This document shows positions 1-12,631 of a stretch of 64,000 nt of DNA, piece by piece (positions within the stretch are counted from its first letter, which is position 1; each line of letters opens with the position of its first letter). The stretch comes from an uncultured Pelagibacteraceae bacterium (GTDB lineage: Bacteria > Pseudomonadota > Alphaproteobacteria > Pelagibacterales > Pelagibacteraceae): positions 206,491 to 270,490 of the forward strand of contig CACOPB010000001.1 in assembly GCA_902628965.1 (NCBI GenBank). The letters run 5' to 3'. The position numbers and the translations under genes are program-made. The notes beneath the pieces were generated by a model. That model was given only the letters and a program-made list of their open reading frames with translations. It ran no database searches and was not told the origin of the DNA.

Positions 1-424
1 TCCAATCAAAATCTCTTACAAGATTAAATTTATACATTATATTAATTTGTTTAAATGCATAAATATCATTTTTAATATTATTAAAATTTATTGTTTCTAA
101 ATTTGGAATTTCATCTAGATCAGAAATTAAAATAATATCATCATCCATAGCATCGTAGAGGCCATTTAGGATGTAATTTCTTTGAAAATTTTCTCTTTGC
201 CAGGAGCTTAAATTGTTATTAAATTTATCAACATATATATATCGAATTTTGTTTTTAAATTTTTCTAAAATTTTTTCATCTATTTTTTTACCTTTTCTTC
301 CTCCTTGATGATTTTCCCCAAATTCAACTATTATAAAATAATCAATATATTTGTTCATTTCATTTAGTCTTATTTCAAGGATTAAATTTTCATCATTAAA
401 AGTAAAACAATCAAATATTTTCAT
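1..424 (-). CDS. Glycosyltransferase family 17 (MGAT3/GnT-III-like N-acetylglucosaminyltransferase), 3' end truncated by the window edge
   Basis: Not in the ORF track. Translated by hand from ATG at 424: MKIFDCFTFNDENLILEIRLNEMNKYIDYFIIVE...WQRENFQRNYILNGL...DIILISDLDEIP. The DCF..E...L..R, E..QRN and SDxDEIP motifs match GT17. Confidence 0.85.
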   Translation of the reverse strand, partial: MKIFDCFTFNDENLILEIRLNEMNKYIDYFIIVEFGENHQGGRKGKKIDEKILEKFKNKIRYIYVDKFNNNLSSWQRENFQRNYILNGLYDAMDDDIILISDLDEIPNLETINFNNIKNDIYAFKQINIMYKFNLVRDFDW

Positions 425-469
425 TATTCAGTTAAATATCATATAAATTATAATTAGATATTAAAGTTT

Positions 470-559
470 GGAGAGGTGGCCGAGTGGTTGAAGGCGCACG
501 CTTGGAAAGCGTGTAAAGAAGCAATTCTTTCATGGGTTCGAATCCCATTCTCTCCGCCA
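470..559 (+). tRNA. tRNA-Ser(GGA)
   Basis: Cloverleaf with acceptor GGAGAGG/TCTCTCC, anticodon arm CACGC-TTGGAAA-GCGTG, long variable arm, T-loop TTCGAAT, G73 and encoded CCA. Confidence 0.97.
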
Positions 560-670
560 TTAAATAAGCATTATTTATCAACATTAATTTAAGTATTTTC
601 ATGTTGTCTGAGTAAGATAAATCAGCAATTTTTATAAAAAATGTTATAATTTTCTTTTTCCAAAATTTAA

Positions 671-2737
<2,067 letters not shown>

Positions 2738-2738
2738 A

Positions 2739-4019
2739 ATGAAGTTTTTTGAAACTTCAAAATATCATTCTTTTAAAAAATCAACTTATATAACTTTAAG
2801 ATGGATTGGAATTATAGGGCAATTAGCTGCAATAAATTTTGTATATTTTTTTCTAAATTCAAATTTTGACTTTATTACATCAAATATAGTTTTATTTCTT
2901 GGAATATTAAGTAATTTATATTTAATTTTTATTTACAAAAAAACACAACTTTCAGATAGATCTGCTTTTCTATTCTTACTTATTGATATTTTACAGTTAG
3001 GTGTTCTTCTTTATTTATCTGGGGGAATAACCAATCCATTTATAATATTTATATTGATACCAAGTGTTTTTTCTTCGTCAAACTTAAGCCTTAAAACCAA
3101 TACGTTACTAGTACTCTTAACAATAATCATAATTATACTTTTAACTTTTAATTATCAAGATTTACCAATTAATATAAATAGTGATTTTCATAATAATCAT
3201 TATTTTTACTATTCTATTCCAACTTCTTTGATTGTTGCTTTAGTATTTTTAAATTACTTTGCAATGACATTTGGTACACAATCTAGATTAAGAAAAGAAG
3301 CATTGGGAAAAATGGAAGAAGTCATGGCCAAAGAGCATGAACTTTTATCTTTAGGTGGTCAAGCTGCCGCTGCAGCACATTCCTTGGGTACCCCACTTTC
3401 AACAATAACTATAATTGCTCATGATTTAATGAAACAATTTAAGGGTCATAAGGATATCGAAAAGGACATAGAATTGTTAAATAGTCAGGTTGATCGTTGT
3501 AACAAAATTTTAAAACGTTTGACTTTAAACCCTGTGGAAGAAGATGAATTTATTGATAAAGATATAAATATTAGAGATTATTTAAATGAAATTATTTCAT
3601 CTTTTAAAGAAATTAGTAAAAAGAAGTTTGTGTTTAATTTTGACCAAGACTCAAACCCAAAAAAAATAAGTAAATCTATAGAAATTGTCTATGGATTAAG
3701 AAATTTTATTGGAAATGCAAACAAATTTTCAAAAAATACAATTTTTATTAATTTAAAAAGTGATAGTGAAATAACAGAGATTACCGTAGAGGATGATGGT
3801 AATGGTTATCCTAGAGATATCATATCAAAAATTGGAGAACCTTATTTAAAATCAAATTATACTAACGACAAGTCAAAGGAGGGCTTGGGTTTAGGATTAT
3901 TTATTGGAAAAACTTTGTTAGAGAAAAATTTTGCTTCAGTAAATTGTAGAAATTCAAAAACTCGAAGTGGTGCCGAAGTTAATATTAAATGGAAAAATAG
4001 AGAATTATTTAATATCTAG
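2739..4019 (+). CDS. regB: RegB/PrrB/ActS-family redox sensor histidine kinase
   Basis: Multiple N-terminal TM helices with the GGITNPF quinone-binding motif, H-box [10 protein letters not shown], conserved DRC Cys, and N/G1/G2 boxes. Start placed at ATG 2739, just after the gyrB stop. Confidence 0.9.
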   Translation: MKFFETSKYHSFKKSTYITLRWIGIIGQLAAINFVYFFLNSNFDFITSNIVLFLGILSNLYLIFIYKKTQLSDRSAFLFLLIDILQLGVLLYLSGGITNPFIIFILIPSVFSSSNLSLKTNTLLVLLTIIIIILLTFNYQDLPININSDFHNNHYFYYSIPTSLIVALVFLNYFAMTFGTQSRLRKEALGKMEEVMAKEHELLSLGGQAAAAAHSLGTPLSTITIIAHDLMKQFKGHKDIEKDIELLNSQVDRCNKILKRLTLNPVEEDEFIDKDINIRDYLNEIISSFKEISKKKFVFNFDQDSNPKKISKSIEIVYGLRNFIGNANKFSKNTIFINLKSDSEITEITVEDDGNGYPRDIISKIGEPYLKSNYTNDKSKEGLGLGLFIGKTLLEKNFASVNCRNSKTRSGAEVNIKWKNRELFNI

Positions 4020-5815
4020 TGATATTTTTTTTTTGTTTCAAACAATGAGCTTAATTGAGATATCATAACATCGCCTAATTCATTAACATCGGTAATTTTA
4101 ATTGCTTTATCATAATATCTCGAAACATCGTGACCTATTCCAATCGCTAGAACCTCAATATTAGATTTATTTTCAATAAATTTTACAATTTTTTTCAAAT
4201 GCTTTTCTAAGAAGTCTCCAGAATTCACAGAAAGAGTTGAGTCATCAACAGGTGCCCCATCAGAAATTACCATCAAAATTTTTCTTTCTTCTTTCCTTTT
4301 TTTAATTCTATTGTATGCCCATGATATTGCTTCTCCGTCAATATTTTCTTTAAGTAAGCCTTCTTTAAGCATTAACCCTAAATTATTTTTTGCTTGTCTC
4401 CAATGAGTATCTGCACCTTTGTATATGATATGCCTTAAGTCATTTAATCTACCTGGTGTTTTAGGTTTTGAGTTTTTTGTCCAAAGTTCTCTACTTTGTC
4501 CTCCTTTCCAGTTTTTAGTTGTGAAACCTAAAATTTCTACTTTTACTGAGCATCTTTCTAGAGTTCTTGACAAGATATCTGCACATATAGCAGCTATAGT
4601 AATTGGTCTTCCTCTCATAGATCCAGAATTATCTATTAATAAAGTTACTACCGTATCTTTAAAATCTAAGTCCTTTTCTTTTTTAAAAGATAAAGAATTA
4701 TAAGGATCCATTATAATTCTTGGAAGTTTAGAACTATCTAATAACCCCTCTTCTAAATCAAATTCCCAAGCTCTGTTTTGCTTAGCAAGTAATTGTCTTT
4801 GAAGTTTATTTGCTAATTTTGTAATAATATCTTGGAAACCAATTAGCTGTTGATCTAAACTTTTTCTAAGTTTAGTTGCTTCATCAGCATTTTCTAAATT
4901 TTCAGCTTTTACTATTTCATCATACTGTGTTGTAAATATTTTGTAATCAAGATCTATATTATCTATATTTTTTTTAACTATTTGTTCTGAACTTTTTTCG
5001 TCTGACTCAACTTCGTTGAGTTGTTCATCTAAGTTTAATTCATCAATATTATAATCAGCATCTAGAGAGGCTTGGGTTTCCTGATCATTGTTTTCGTCTT
5101 TATTATCTTCATTATCACTGTTCTGTTCATCATTTGATGGATTGTCTTTGCCTTGGTCCTGGTTTTCTTCCTCTTTCTCGTTATCTTCATCGTTTTGAAA
5201 AATATCCATTTCTTCCAATATCTGAGAAAACTTTGAAGAGTAAGTGTCCTGATTCTCTAGATTATTCATTAAAAATTCCCTATGTTTTTCAATAGTATTT
5301 TCAAAATCTTTCTCCCAAAAATTTAACATTCTAGAAGTCAGAGCATTTAACTTTATTTTGTGAAAGTTTTTAAGCATATACAGCTCAAAAGCCTCTGCTA
5401 CAGGCACATCCTCTTTTGTTTTTAATTGATCTTTTCTTTTACGATTAATTATTTGTGAATAGTTTTCATGAAAGTTTTTTTCTATACCCTTAAGCATTTG
5501 ACCACCAAGGGCTTCGTATCTAATCTTTTCAGCAATATTATAAAGTGCTCTATATGAGCTATTGCTAGGTAAGTTTTTTTTATAAATCAATTCATTAGAA
5601 AATTTTTTTTTAAGAGCACTTGAATCAGTCTCTGCACGTAGTCTAATAAAGTCACTAGGATTAGTAAGATTATTAATTTCTAATGAAACAACATCTTTAG
5701 TTTTTTTGTCTTCAAAGTTTTTTTTATTTGAGTCAAAATCATCCGAAATTACTTTTGCTGTTGAGTTTAGTGCAATTCTGAACTTTTCTTTTAAATTAAT
5801 TTCTTTAGAACTCAT
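4016..5815 (-). CDS. cobT: CobT-like protein (acidic linker plus C-terminal VWA domain)
   Basis: MIDAS DNSGS...GFTT...SDGAP, acidic D/E/N linker, [11 protein letters not shown] motif; adjacent to cobS. Confidence 0.9.
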   Translation of the reverse strand: MSSKEINLKEKFRIALNSTAKVISDDFDSNKKNFEDKKTKDVVSLEINNLTNPSDFIRLRAETDSSALKKKFSNELIYKKNLPSNSSYRALYNIAEKIRYEALGGQMLKGIEKNFHENYSQIINRKRKDQLKTKEDVPVAEAFELYMLKNFHKIKLNALTSRMLNFWEKDFENTIEKHREFLMNNLENQDTYSSKFSQILEEMDIFQNDEDNEKEEENQDQGKDNPSNDEQNSDNEDNKDENNDQETQASLDADYNIDELNLDEQLNEVESDEKSSEQIVKKNIDNIDLDYKIFTTQYDEIVKAENLENADEATKLRKSLDQQLIGFQDIITKLANKLQRQLLAKQNRAWEFDLEEGLLDSSKLPRIIMDPYNSLSFKKEKDLDFKDTVVTLLIDNSGSMRGRPITIAAICADILSRTLERCSVKVEILGFTTKNWKGGQSRELWTKNSKPKTPGRLNDLRHIIYKGADTHWRQAKNNLGLMLKEGLLKENIDGEAISWAYNRIKKRKEERKILMVISDGAPVDDSTLSVNSGDFLEKHLKKIVKFIENKSNIEVLAIGIGHDVSRYYDKAIKITDVNELGDVMISQLSSLFETKKKYH

Positions 5816-6790
5816 TTAAATTTGAATATTAATCAAAGACTCCGGTAATTCTTCTCCAAAACATCTCTGATAATATTCTGCGATAGTATTTTTTTCAATA
5901 TCATCGCATTTATTTAGAAAAGTTACTCTAAAGGCGTAACCAGTGTCCTTAAAAATTTCTGAATTTTCAGCCCAGTGTAATACAGTTCTTGGACTCATTA
6001 CTGTTGATATATCTCCTGCTATAAATCCTTTACGTGTAAGAGATGCCACTTTTATCATATTGGCAACTTTTTCTTTTCCTTTTGCATTATTTAAATTTTT
6101 ATTTTTAGATAACACAATATCCATTTCTTTGTCTAAGTTAAGATAGTTTAGTGTTGTAACAATATTCCACCTATCCATCTGACCTTGGTTAATTTGCTGC
6201 GTACCATGATAAAGACCTGTAGTATCACCAAGTCCAACAGTATTTGAGGTAGCAAATAATCTAAAAAATTTATTTTGTTTAATTACTTTGTTTTTATCTA
6301 ATAATGTGAAATTTCCTTCAGCTTCTAAAACTCTTTGAATTACAAACATTACATCAGGCCTACCAGCATCATATTCATCAAAAACAAGTGCAACTGGATT
6401 TTGGATTGACCATGGCAAAATACCTTCATTGAATTGAGTTACTTGTTTACCATCCTGAAGAACAATCGCATCTTTTCCAATCAAGTCTATTCTGCTTACA
6501 TGACTATCTAAATTTACTCGGATACAAGGCCAATTTAATCTTGCAGCTATTTGCTCGATGTGAGTAGATTTACCAGTACCGTGATATCCCTGAACTAAAA
6601 CTCTTTTGTTGAAAGCAAATCCTGAGATAATGGCTAAAGTAGTATCTCTATCAAACTTATAGTTTTTATCGATTTCAGGAACATATTCATTTTTTTTAGA
6701 AAATGCATCTACTTCCATTTCTGAATCAATTCCAAAAGTTTGTTTTAGTGAAACTTTAATATCTGGTTCGGTGTTAAGATTTGGTGTCAA
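5816..6790 (-). CDS. cobS: CobS-like MoxR-type AAA+ ATPase
   Basis: Walker [10 protein letters not shown], Walker [35 protein letters not shown]. Confidence 0.93.
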   Translation of the reverse strand: MTPNLNTEPDIKVSLKQTFGIDSEMEVDAFSKKNEYVPEIDKNYKFDRDTTLAIISGFAFNKRVLVQGYHGTGKSTHIEQIAARLNWPCIRVNLDSHVSRIDLIGKDAIVLQDGKQVTQFNEGILPWSIQNPVALVFDEYDAGRPDVMFVIQRVLEAEGNFTLLDKNKVIKQNKFFRLFATSNTVGLGDTTGLYHGTQQINQGQMDRWNIVTTLNYLNLDKEMDIVLSKNKNLNNAKGKEKVANMIKVASLTRKGFIAGDISTVMSPRTVLHWAENSEIFKDTGYAFRVTFLNKCDDIEKNTIAEYYQRCFGEELPESLINIQI

Positions 6791-7307
6791 TTTTTTCTCT
6801 ATAGGTATTTTTTAATTGTGTATAAGCTAATGTTATAAGTTTAAGTTTTTCCTCGTATTTTTTATTTCCAGAATTCATATCAGGGTGAAATTTTTTCACA
6901 AGTGATTTGAATTTATCCTGTATTTTCTTCCACTTTAAACCCACAGAAACTCCCAATATTCCAAAAGCTTTTATATCTTTATGATCAAATTTAAATTGAC
7001 GCATATGATTATAATCTCCATTTATTTTTTCTTTATCAAGCTCATCTCTTAAAGTTGTATTCCACAATACTTTAAAAAAATTATCTGAGGAGCTAAAGCT
7101 TTGTGTGGGTTTGTGCCAAGTCATATCAGATTTCAAGAAATCCATTACTTGGTCGTCATTCATTCCTGAAAAATAGTTCCAATTTTTATTAAATTCTTTG
7201 ACATGTTCCAGGCAAAGCATTCTAAATTTTCTACTATTATCTTTTTCAACTGGTGCCTTATATTCACCTATTTCATTACAATTATTCCAGTCGCAAATAT
7301 TTTTCAT
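6774..7307 (-). CDS. J-domain (DnaJ-like) protein with an N-terminal Cys/His motif
   Basis: C-terminal J-domain with HPD (KKFHPDMN); N-terminal CDW..C...APV...[15 protein letters not shown] typical of the protein upstream of alphaproteobacterial cobS. Confidence 0.88.
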   Translation of the reverse strand: MKNICDWNNCNEIGEYKAPVEKDNSRKFRMLCLEHVKEFNKNWNYFSGMNDDQVMDFLKSDMTWHKPTQSFSSSDNFFKVLWNTTLRDELDKEKINGDYNHMRQFKFDHKDIKAFGILGVSVGLKWKKIQDKFKSLVKKFHPDMNSGNKKYEEKLKLITLAYTQLKNTYREKIDTKS

Positions 7308-7324
7308 GATATATAATAATATAT

Positions 7325-7585
7325 ATGAATATAAATGAGTTAATTACAATTGTAAAAAATAAATTATTAAATCAAATAAATATTGAAAGTATAAATATTG
7401 AAGATAAATCTTTTCTTCATAAAAATCATAAAGGAAATCAAGAAGGAAAATATCATTTAAAATTAATTATTGTTTCTCAAGAACTAAAAAAAATGAGTAA
7501 AATTGAAAGTAATAAAAAAATCTACAAGATTTTAGATCGAGAATTAAAAGAATTTATTCACTCAATCCAAATTTTAATTAGTTAA
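7325..7585 (+). CDS. bolA: BolA family protein
   Basis: IEDKSFLHKNH...HLKLIIVS...IHSIQI pattern; conserved position divergent from dnaJ-cobS-cobT. Confidence 0.82.
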   Translation: MNINELITIVKNKLLNQINIESINIEDKSFLHKNHKGNQEGKYHLKLIIVSQELKKMSKIESNKKIYKILDRELKEFIHSIQILIS

Positions 7586-8680
7586 AAATTTTTTTAGAAA
7601 CAAACTTAATTTTTTTTTTGAGTATTGTTTGTTGAAAATTGGCTTGCCTATTTTTTTTAATAAAACTAAATTAATCTTCTCAGAGTTATTTTTTTTATCT
7701 TTAATCATAAAATTTAAAATTTTATTTAAATCTTTTATAGAAAAATATTTTTTAATAGAAGAGGGTAAATCATAGTTATCAATATGATTTATAATTGAAT
7801 TATATTCTCTTTTACCAAGTATGTTTTCTTTAAAACTAAAACTAAGTGCTGATTTCATCCCAAGTATCACAGCTTCACCATGATTCAGTTTATGGCTGTA
7901 CCCTAAGCCTGCCTCATAAGCATGGGCAAATGTATGGCCAAAATTTAACACCTTTCTTAATGCTGTTTCTTTTTCATCTTTTTCAACTATTTTTTTTTTG
8001 ATTTTACAACTTTCATAAATTGCTTTTTCAATAAATGGAGATGAAAGACTTAAAATCTTTTTAAGATTTTTATTTAAAAAATTAAAAAATTTTTTATTAT
8101 CAATTAAAGAATGCTTCAATATCTCTCCATATCCACAAATTATTTCTTTTTTTGACAAAGATTTAAGAAATTGAATATCCGAGAGAACTAATGATGGTTG
8201 ATAAAAACTCCCTATTAAATTTTTACCATGTTTAGAATTAACTCCAGTTTTGCCACCAATTGATGAATCAACCTGAGCTAAAAGAGTTGTTGGAATATTT
8301 ACAAATTTTAGGCCTCTTTTAAAGAGACTAGCCACAAAACCACTTACATCGCCTGTAATTCCTCCCCCTAAAGAAATTAAAACATCATTTCTTGAAAAGT
8401 TTTTATTTAACAAAACTTCTAGAATTTTATTAACGCTATTAATATTTTTATTTTTCTCACTGGCATTAAAAAATAACACATAAATATTTTTATTTTTTAA
8501 AGACTTTTTAATATTTGAGATAAATTTTTTTGGAACATTTTTATCAACAACAATTAAACATTTATCAAAATTTATTGAATTTAATTTAAAAATTTTTGAT
8601 ACGCTTGAAGTTAAATTTGATCCAATAATTATTGGATATTTTTCAGTTTTAGTTACTATGTTTAATCTAGTTTGTTTCAT
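7574..8680 (-). CDS. aroB: 3-dehydroquinate synthase
   Basis: LGGGITGDVSGF, PTTLLAQVDSSIGGKTG, LNFGHTFAHAYE, HGEAV. Confidence 0.97.
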   Translation of the reverse strand: MKQTRLNIVTKTEKYPIIIGSNLTSSVSKIFKLNSINFDKCLIVVDKNVPKKFISNIKKSLKNKNIYVLFFNASEKNKNINSVNKILEVLLNKNFSRNDVLISLGGGITGDVSGFVASLFKRGLKFVNIPTTLLAQVDSSIGGKTGVNSKHGKNLIGSFYQPSLVLSDIQFLKSLSKKEIICGYGEILKHSLIDNKKFFNFLNKNLKKILSLSSPFIEKAIYESCKIKKKIVEKDEKETALRKVLNFGHTFAHAYEAGLGYSHKLNHGEAVILGMKSALSFSFKENILGKREYNSIINHIDNYDLPSSIKKYFSIKDLNKILNFMIKDKKNNSEKINLVLLKKIGKPIFNKQYSKKKLSLFLKKFLTN

Positions 8681-9179
8681 AAATTTCTACAACTTTATTT
8701 ACTATTTCACTTTTAGTAAGATTATCACACTTTATTTCATATAATGCTTTAGAATAAATGTTGGACCTTTTCTTGATTAAATTAATCAACTCAGTTTCTG
8801 TTGCATTAATAGCTATTGGTCTTTTTCTACTATTTTTAATTCTATTTAACAATATTTTATCATCCCAATTTAGCCAAAAAGACAAATGATTTTTTAAAAT
8901 TTCTTTCCTAATATTATTATTTGTAAAAGCTCCACCACCAATTGAAATCACAGTAGAGTTTAATTTAAGCTTTTTTAAAGTTGTCTGTTCCTCAATTTTT
9001 CTAAAATAATCCTCACCCTTAACTTCAAAAATTTTTTTTATTGTAATGTTTAAATTTTTCTCAATTTCTTTGTCGATATCAACAAAATTTAATTTTAATT
9101 TTTTAGCTACTAAGGACCCAATAGAGCTCTTGCCCGAACCCATCATCCCTAAAAAAACAAGATTTTCTTTTGATTCCAT
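8667..9179 (-). CDS. aroK: Shikimate kinase
   Basis: GMMGSGKSSIG P-loop, GEDYFRKIE, SIGGG, RP; start moved to ATG 9179 (MESKENL). Confidence 0.95.
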   Translation of the reverse strand: MESKENLVFLGMMGSGKSSIGSLVAKKLKLNFVDIDKEIEKNLNITIKKIFEVKGEDYFRKIEEQTTLKKLKLNSTVISIGGGAFTNNNIRKEILKNHLSFWLNWDDKILLNRIKNSRKRPIAINATETELINLIKKRSNIYSKALYEIKCDNLTKSEIVNKVVEIYETN

Positions 9180-9236
9180 AAGTTTCTTTATTGAAAAAAC
9201 ATAAATATGTCTTAATTTGAAATTAACTAAAAGTAT

Positions 9237-9419
9237 ATGCAATTCATTAAAAACACAAGTTCAGGTAAAGCAAGTATCATAGGACTTGTGATTAAATCTA
9301 TAATTGGATTAGGGGTTATTTTAGGGATTATTTTTTTTCTTAGTACAATTGATTTTCCTGCACCTAAAAAAGAAATTGAAAAAATTATTCCAAATGAAAA
9401 TTTTAAAATCGTTAAATAA
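9237..9419 (+). CDS. Small single-pass membrane protein (60 aa), unknown function
   Basis: One hydrophobic helix followed by DFPAPKKEIEKII; divergent from aroK and overlapping the next ORF start. Confidence 0.7.
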   Translation: MQFIKNTSSGKASIIGLVIKSIIGLGVILGIIFFLSTIDFPAPKKEIEKIIPNENFKIVK

Positions 9420-11157
9420 GAAAATTCTTTCATTTGAATTAGTTTGTCTTATTTTTTTTATACCTGTGCTTGCTGAAGAAAAACCAATTGATATTTGGAA
9501 TATAGAAAAAAAAGATAATCAAGTTATTTCAGAAACAAATATTTCAAGTGAAAATACTTCAGGAAATAACCAGAATAGTGTTTACGAGCTACAAACAAAT
9601 AAACAAACAGATATAGTTAAACTTGATAAAGAATTTTCATCAAAAGAAATTAAAATTGTTGGATTATACGATCCCAGCGAATACGGCCTGAGTATGGATA
9701 TGTGGTCAAATTCTGATGGAACTAAATTAAAAAATTTATTTCAGAATATTAATAAGTTAAATCTCTCAGAGGATGCATCTGACATAATGCATGTATCTTT
9801 ATTAACCAATGCTTATTCCCCAACCAAAAACATTACTGAGCAAGAATTTATGAGCTTTAAATCTGACTGGTTAATAAAAGATGCAAACTTAGAATTAATA
9901 GAAGAATATTTAATTAAAAATCAAATAATAAATATGCATCCAAATTTAACAAGATATTTAGTTGATAGTTATTTATCAGAATCAAATGTAAAAAAATCTT
10001 GTGAGATTTTTTCTAAAAATAAGGAACCTATCCAAGATGAATATCTATCTAAATTTAATTTATATTGTTTAATCAATTATGGAAAAAATGAAGAGGCACA
10101 ACTAATCTTAGATTTAAAAAAAGAGTTAGGTTTTGAGGATAATTATTATGAAAATAAAATAAATTATTTATTTGGATATCTAGATGAGGTAGATAAAGAA
10201 ATATCAGTAAACTCAATTTTAGATTTTCATTTAGCACACAGAACTAACCCTGAGTTTTCTTACGAACCAAGTCAAGATACACCTAAAATAATTTGGAAAT
10301 ATCTTTCAGCTGCTAATTTGCTCTATAAAATTCAAGATATAGAAATTACTGATATAGAAAAAATTTATACAATTGAAAAGGCTGTTAATGATAAAAATTA
10401 TTCTGAGGAAGAGTTGTTCGATTTTTATAAAAAATTTCAATTTAATATAAATCAGTTTTTAAACGCAAAAGAGGCATATAAATCTCTATCTCCAATCGAG
10501 GGAAGAGCTCTTTTATATCAACGGACCCTCTTAGTAGAAGAACCAAAAATTAAACTAGAATTTATTAAGCTGTTAAAAGATCTATTTATATCTGATGATA
10601 TTGGAGATGCCTTTGATTTAGAATTAAAAAAATTTTTAAGTGAAATTAATGTTACGGAAGTACCCTCAAATTTTACAACATTTTATAATAGTAATTTAAA
10701 TAAGAAAGAGACAGCAGATAAAAAGATTAAATATAATAGTAAAATTTTACATCAATCAAAACTTATAAATTATTTTAATGGGGACTATGCAAAATCTAAA
10801 ATTGAAGAGGACCTAGATAAATTTTTAAAGAAAATTAAAAAAGATAAAAAATATTTTTTATCAAAAAAAGATATAATTTTTTTAGAGGCGCTTAAATCTG
10901 ATGGAATTGAAATTTCAAAAAAATATGACCGTCTATATGAGGTAAAGCAATCAGAAATGCCTGCCGATATTCAAACAATGATAGATAATAATGAGATTGG
11001 TGCTGCATTGCTGAGAATAATTGAGGTGATTGGACCTGACAAAATTGAAAATATTGATGAAGATACTGTTTATTTTATTATTAATACTTTAAACCAATTA
11101 AATGTTGATCTAATTAGAAATAAACTATTGCTAAAAGTTCTTCCTTTAAAAGTTTAA
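9394..11157 (+). CDS. Conserved hypothetical exported, mostly helical protein
   Basis: Long ORF with a signal-peptide-like N-terminus from MKILKS (9394) and a GLYDP..YGLSMDMW motif; no catalytic motif recognised. Confidence 0.75.
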   Translation: MKILKSLNKKILSFELVCLIFFIPVLAEEKPIDIWNIEKKDNQVISETNISSENTSGNNQNSVYELQTNKQTDIVKLDKEFSSKEIKIVGLYDPSEYGLSMDMWSNSDGTKLKNLFQNINKLNLSEDASDIMHVSLLTNAYSPTKNITEQEFMSFKSDWLIKDANLELIEEYLIKNQIINMHPNLTRYLVDSYLSESNVKKSCEIFSKNKEPIQDEYLSKFNLYCLINYGKNEEAQLILDLKKELGFEDNYYENKINYLFGYLDEVDKEISVNSILDFHLAHRTNPEFSYEPSQDTPKIIWKYLSAANLLYKIQDIEITDIEKIYTIEKAVNDKNYSEEELFDFYKKFQFNINQFLNAKEAYKSLSPIEGRALLYQRTLLVEEPKIKLEFIKLLKDLFISDDIGDAFDLELKKFLSEINVTEVPSNFTTFYNSNLNKKETADKKIKYNSKILHQSKLINYFNGDYAKSKIEEDLDKFLKKIKKDKKYFLSKKDIIFLEALKSDGIEISKKYDRLYEVKQSEMPADIQTMIDNNEIGAALLRIIEVIGPDKIENIDEDTVYFIINTLNQLNVDLIRNKLLLKVLPLKV

Positions 11158-11180
11158 AAATTAGTTTATCTATCTCTTAC

Positions 11181-11705
11181 ATGACTATTAAACCAATTAT
11201 TACTGTTCCAAACGAAGTTTTAAAAAAAATTTCAGATCCTATTGAAAATGTTGGTGAGAGTGAGAAAAAACTAGTAAATGATCTATTTGAAACTATGTAT
11301 AATTCAAACGGTATAGGCCTTGCAGCAGTCCAAGTTGGTATTTTAAAAAGAATTTTAGTCATTGATGTTTCAACAAAAGAAGAAAAAAAAAACCCATTAT
11401 GTTTTATTAATCCTGTTATAAAAAAAATCAGTGATGAAACTTCAGTATATGAGGAAGGGTGTTTATCTATACCAGATACTTTTATTGAAATCGAAAGACC
11501 AAAAATTTGTGAGGTTGAATATATTGATTTAGATGGAAAATTAAAAGATATTAAGTGTGATGGTTTATTATCAACATGCCTTCAACACGAAATTAACCAT
11601 TTAGATGGTAAACTTATTATTGATCATTTAACTAAATTGAAAAGAGATATTATAATAAAAAAAATTTCAAAAAATAAAAAAAATCCTAATAGAGTAATAG
11701 TTTAG
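11181..11705 (+). CDS. def: Peptide deformylase
   Basis: GIGLAAVQVG, EGCLS, QHEINHLDG. Confidence 0.97.
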   Translation: MTIKPIITVPNEVLKKISDPIENVGESEKKLVNDLFETMYNSNGIGLAAVQVGILKRILVIDVSTKEEKKNPLCFINPVIKKISDETSVYEEGCLSIPDTFIEIERPKICEVEYIDLDGKLKDIKCDGLLSTCLQHEINHLDGKLIIDHLTKLKRDIIIKKISKNKKNPNRVIV

Positions 11706-11707
11706 TC

Positions 11708-12631
11708 ATGGCTAGAAAGATTATTTTTATGGGAACTCCAATGTTTTCTGTTCCTATACTAAAATCTTTATATCAAAATGGATATCCAATTGAGTGTGTT
11801 TACACTCAGCCTCCACAAAAATCTCAAAGAGGCCAAAAAATTAATAAATCTCCAGTACAAAAAATTTCTGAAACTTTAAATTTAAAAATTAGATCTCCAA
11901 ATTCTCTTAAAGAAAATAAAGATGAACTAGAACATTTTAAATCACTTGATGTAGATTTAGCAATTGTAGTTGCTTACGGTCAAATTATTCCTAAAGAATT
12001 TTTGAATCTAACAAAAAAAGGTTTTATAAATATACATGCATCTATCCTTCCAAAGTGGAGAGGCGCCGCTCCAATCCAAAGATCAATTATGAATTTAGAC
12101 AAAGAGACAGGAATTAGTATAATGAAAATAGAGGAGCAACTAGACACAGGACCAGTATGTAACAGTTATAAAATTAATATAGAAGATAATTTAAATGCCG
12201 AAGATGTTAGTGAAAAGCTCTCGAGTCTAGCAGCAGAGAAAATCTTAGATAACATAGATGATATATATGAGGATAATGCTAAATTTATAGAACAAGATCA
12301 TTCATTAGCTACATATGCCTCAAAAATTCAAAAGTTAGAGGGAGAAATAAATTGGAAAGAGAATGCAAAAATTATAATTGGTAAAATCAATGGACTTTAT
12401 CCAGCTCCTGGGGCTTATTTTATTTTTAATAGTGAAAGGTATAAAATATTAAAAGCAGAAATTGGACAAACACAAGGAAAACCAGGTGAGGTTTTATCTG
12501 ATTATTTAGAAATTTCATGTGGAGATAAAAAATCAATTAAAATTAAAGAAATACAAAGAGAGGGAAAAAAGGCACAAAGTATTGGCGAATTTGTTTTAGG
12601 AACACAAATTAAAAAAGGTTCATTTTTATAA
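11708..12631 (+). CDS. fmt: Methionyl-tRNA formyltransferase
   Basis: FMGTP, VVAYGQI, NIHASILPKWRGAAPIQ, LDTG. Confidence 0.97.
   Translation: MARKIIFMGTPMFSVPILKSLYQNGYPIECVYTQPPQKSQRGQKINKSPVQKISETLNLKIRSPNSLKENKDELEHFKSLDVDLAIVVAYGQIIPKEFLNLTKKGFINIHASILPKWRGAAPIQRSIMNLDKETGISIMKIEEQLDTGPVCNSYKINIEDNLNAEDVSEKLSSLAAEKILDNIDDIYEDNAKFIEQDHSLATYASKIQKLEGEINWKENAKIIIGKINGLYPAPGAYFIFNSERYKILKAEIGQTQGKPGEVLSDYLEISCGDKKSIKIKEIQREGKKAQSIGEFVLGTQIKKGSFL

Noticed and set aside
5030-5200. Low-complexity D/E/N-rich stretch in cobT
   Set aside because: The normal acidic linker of CobT, not a DNA repeat
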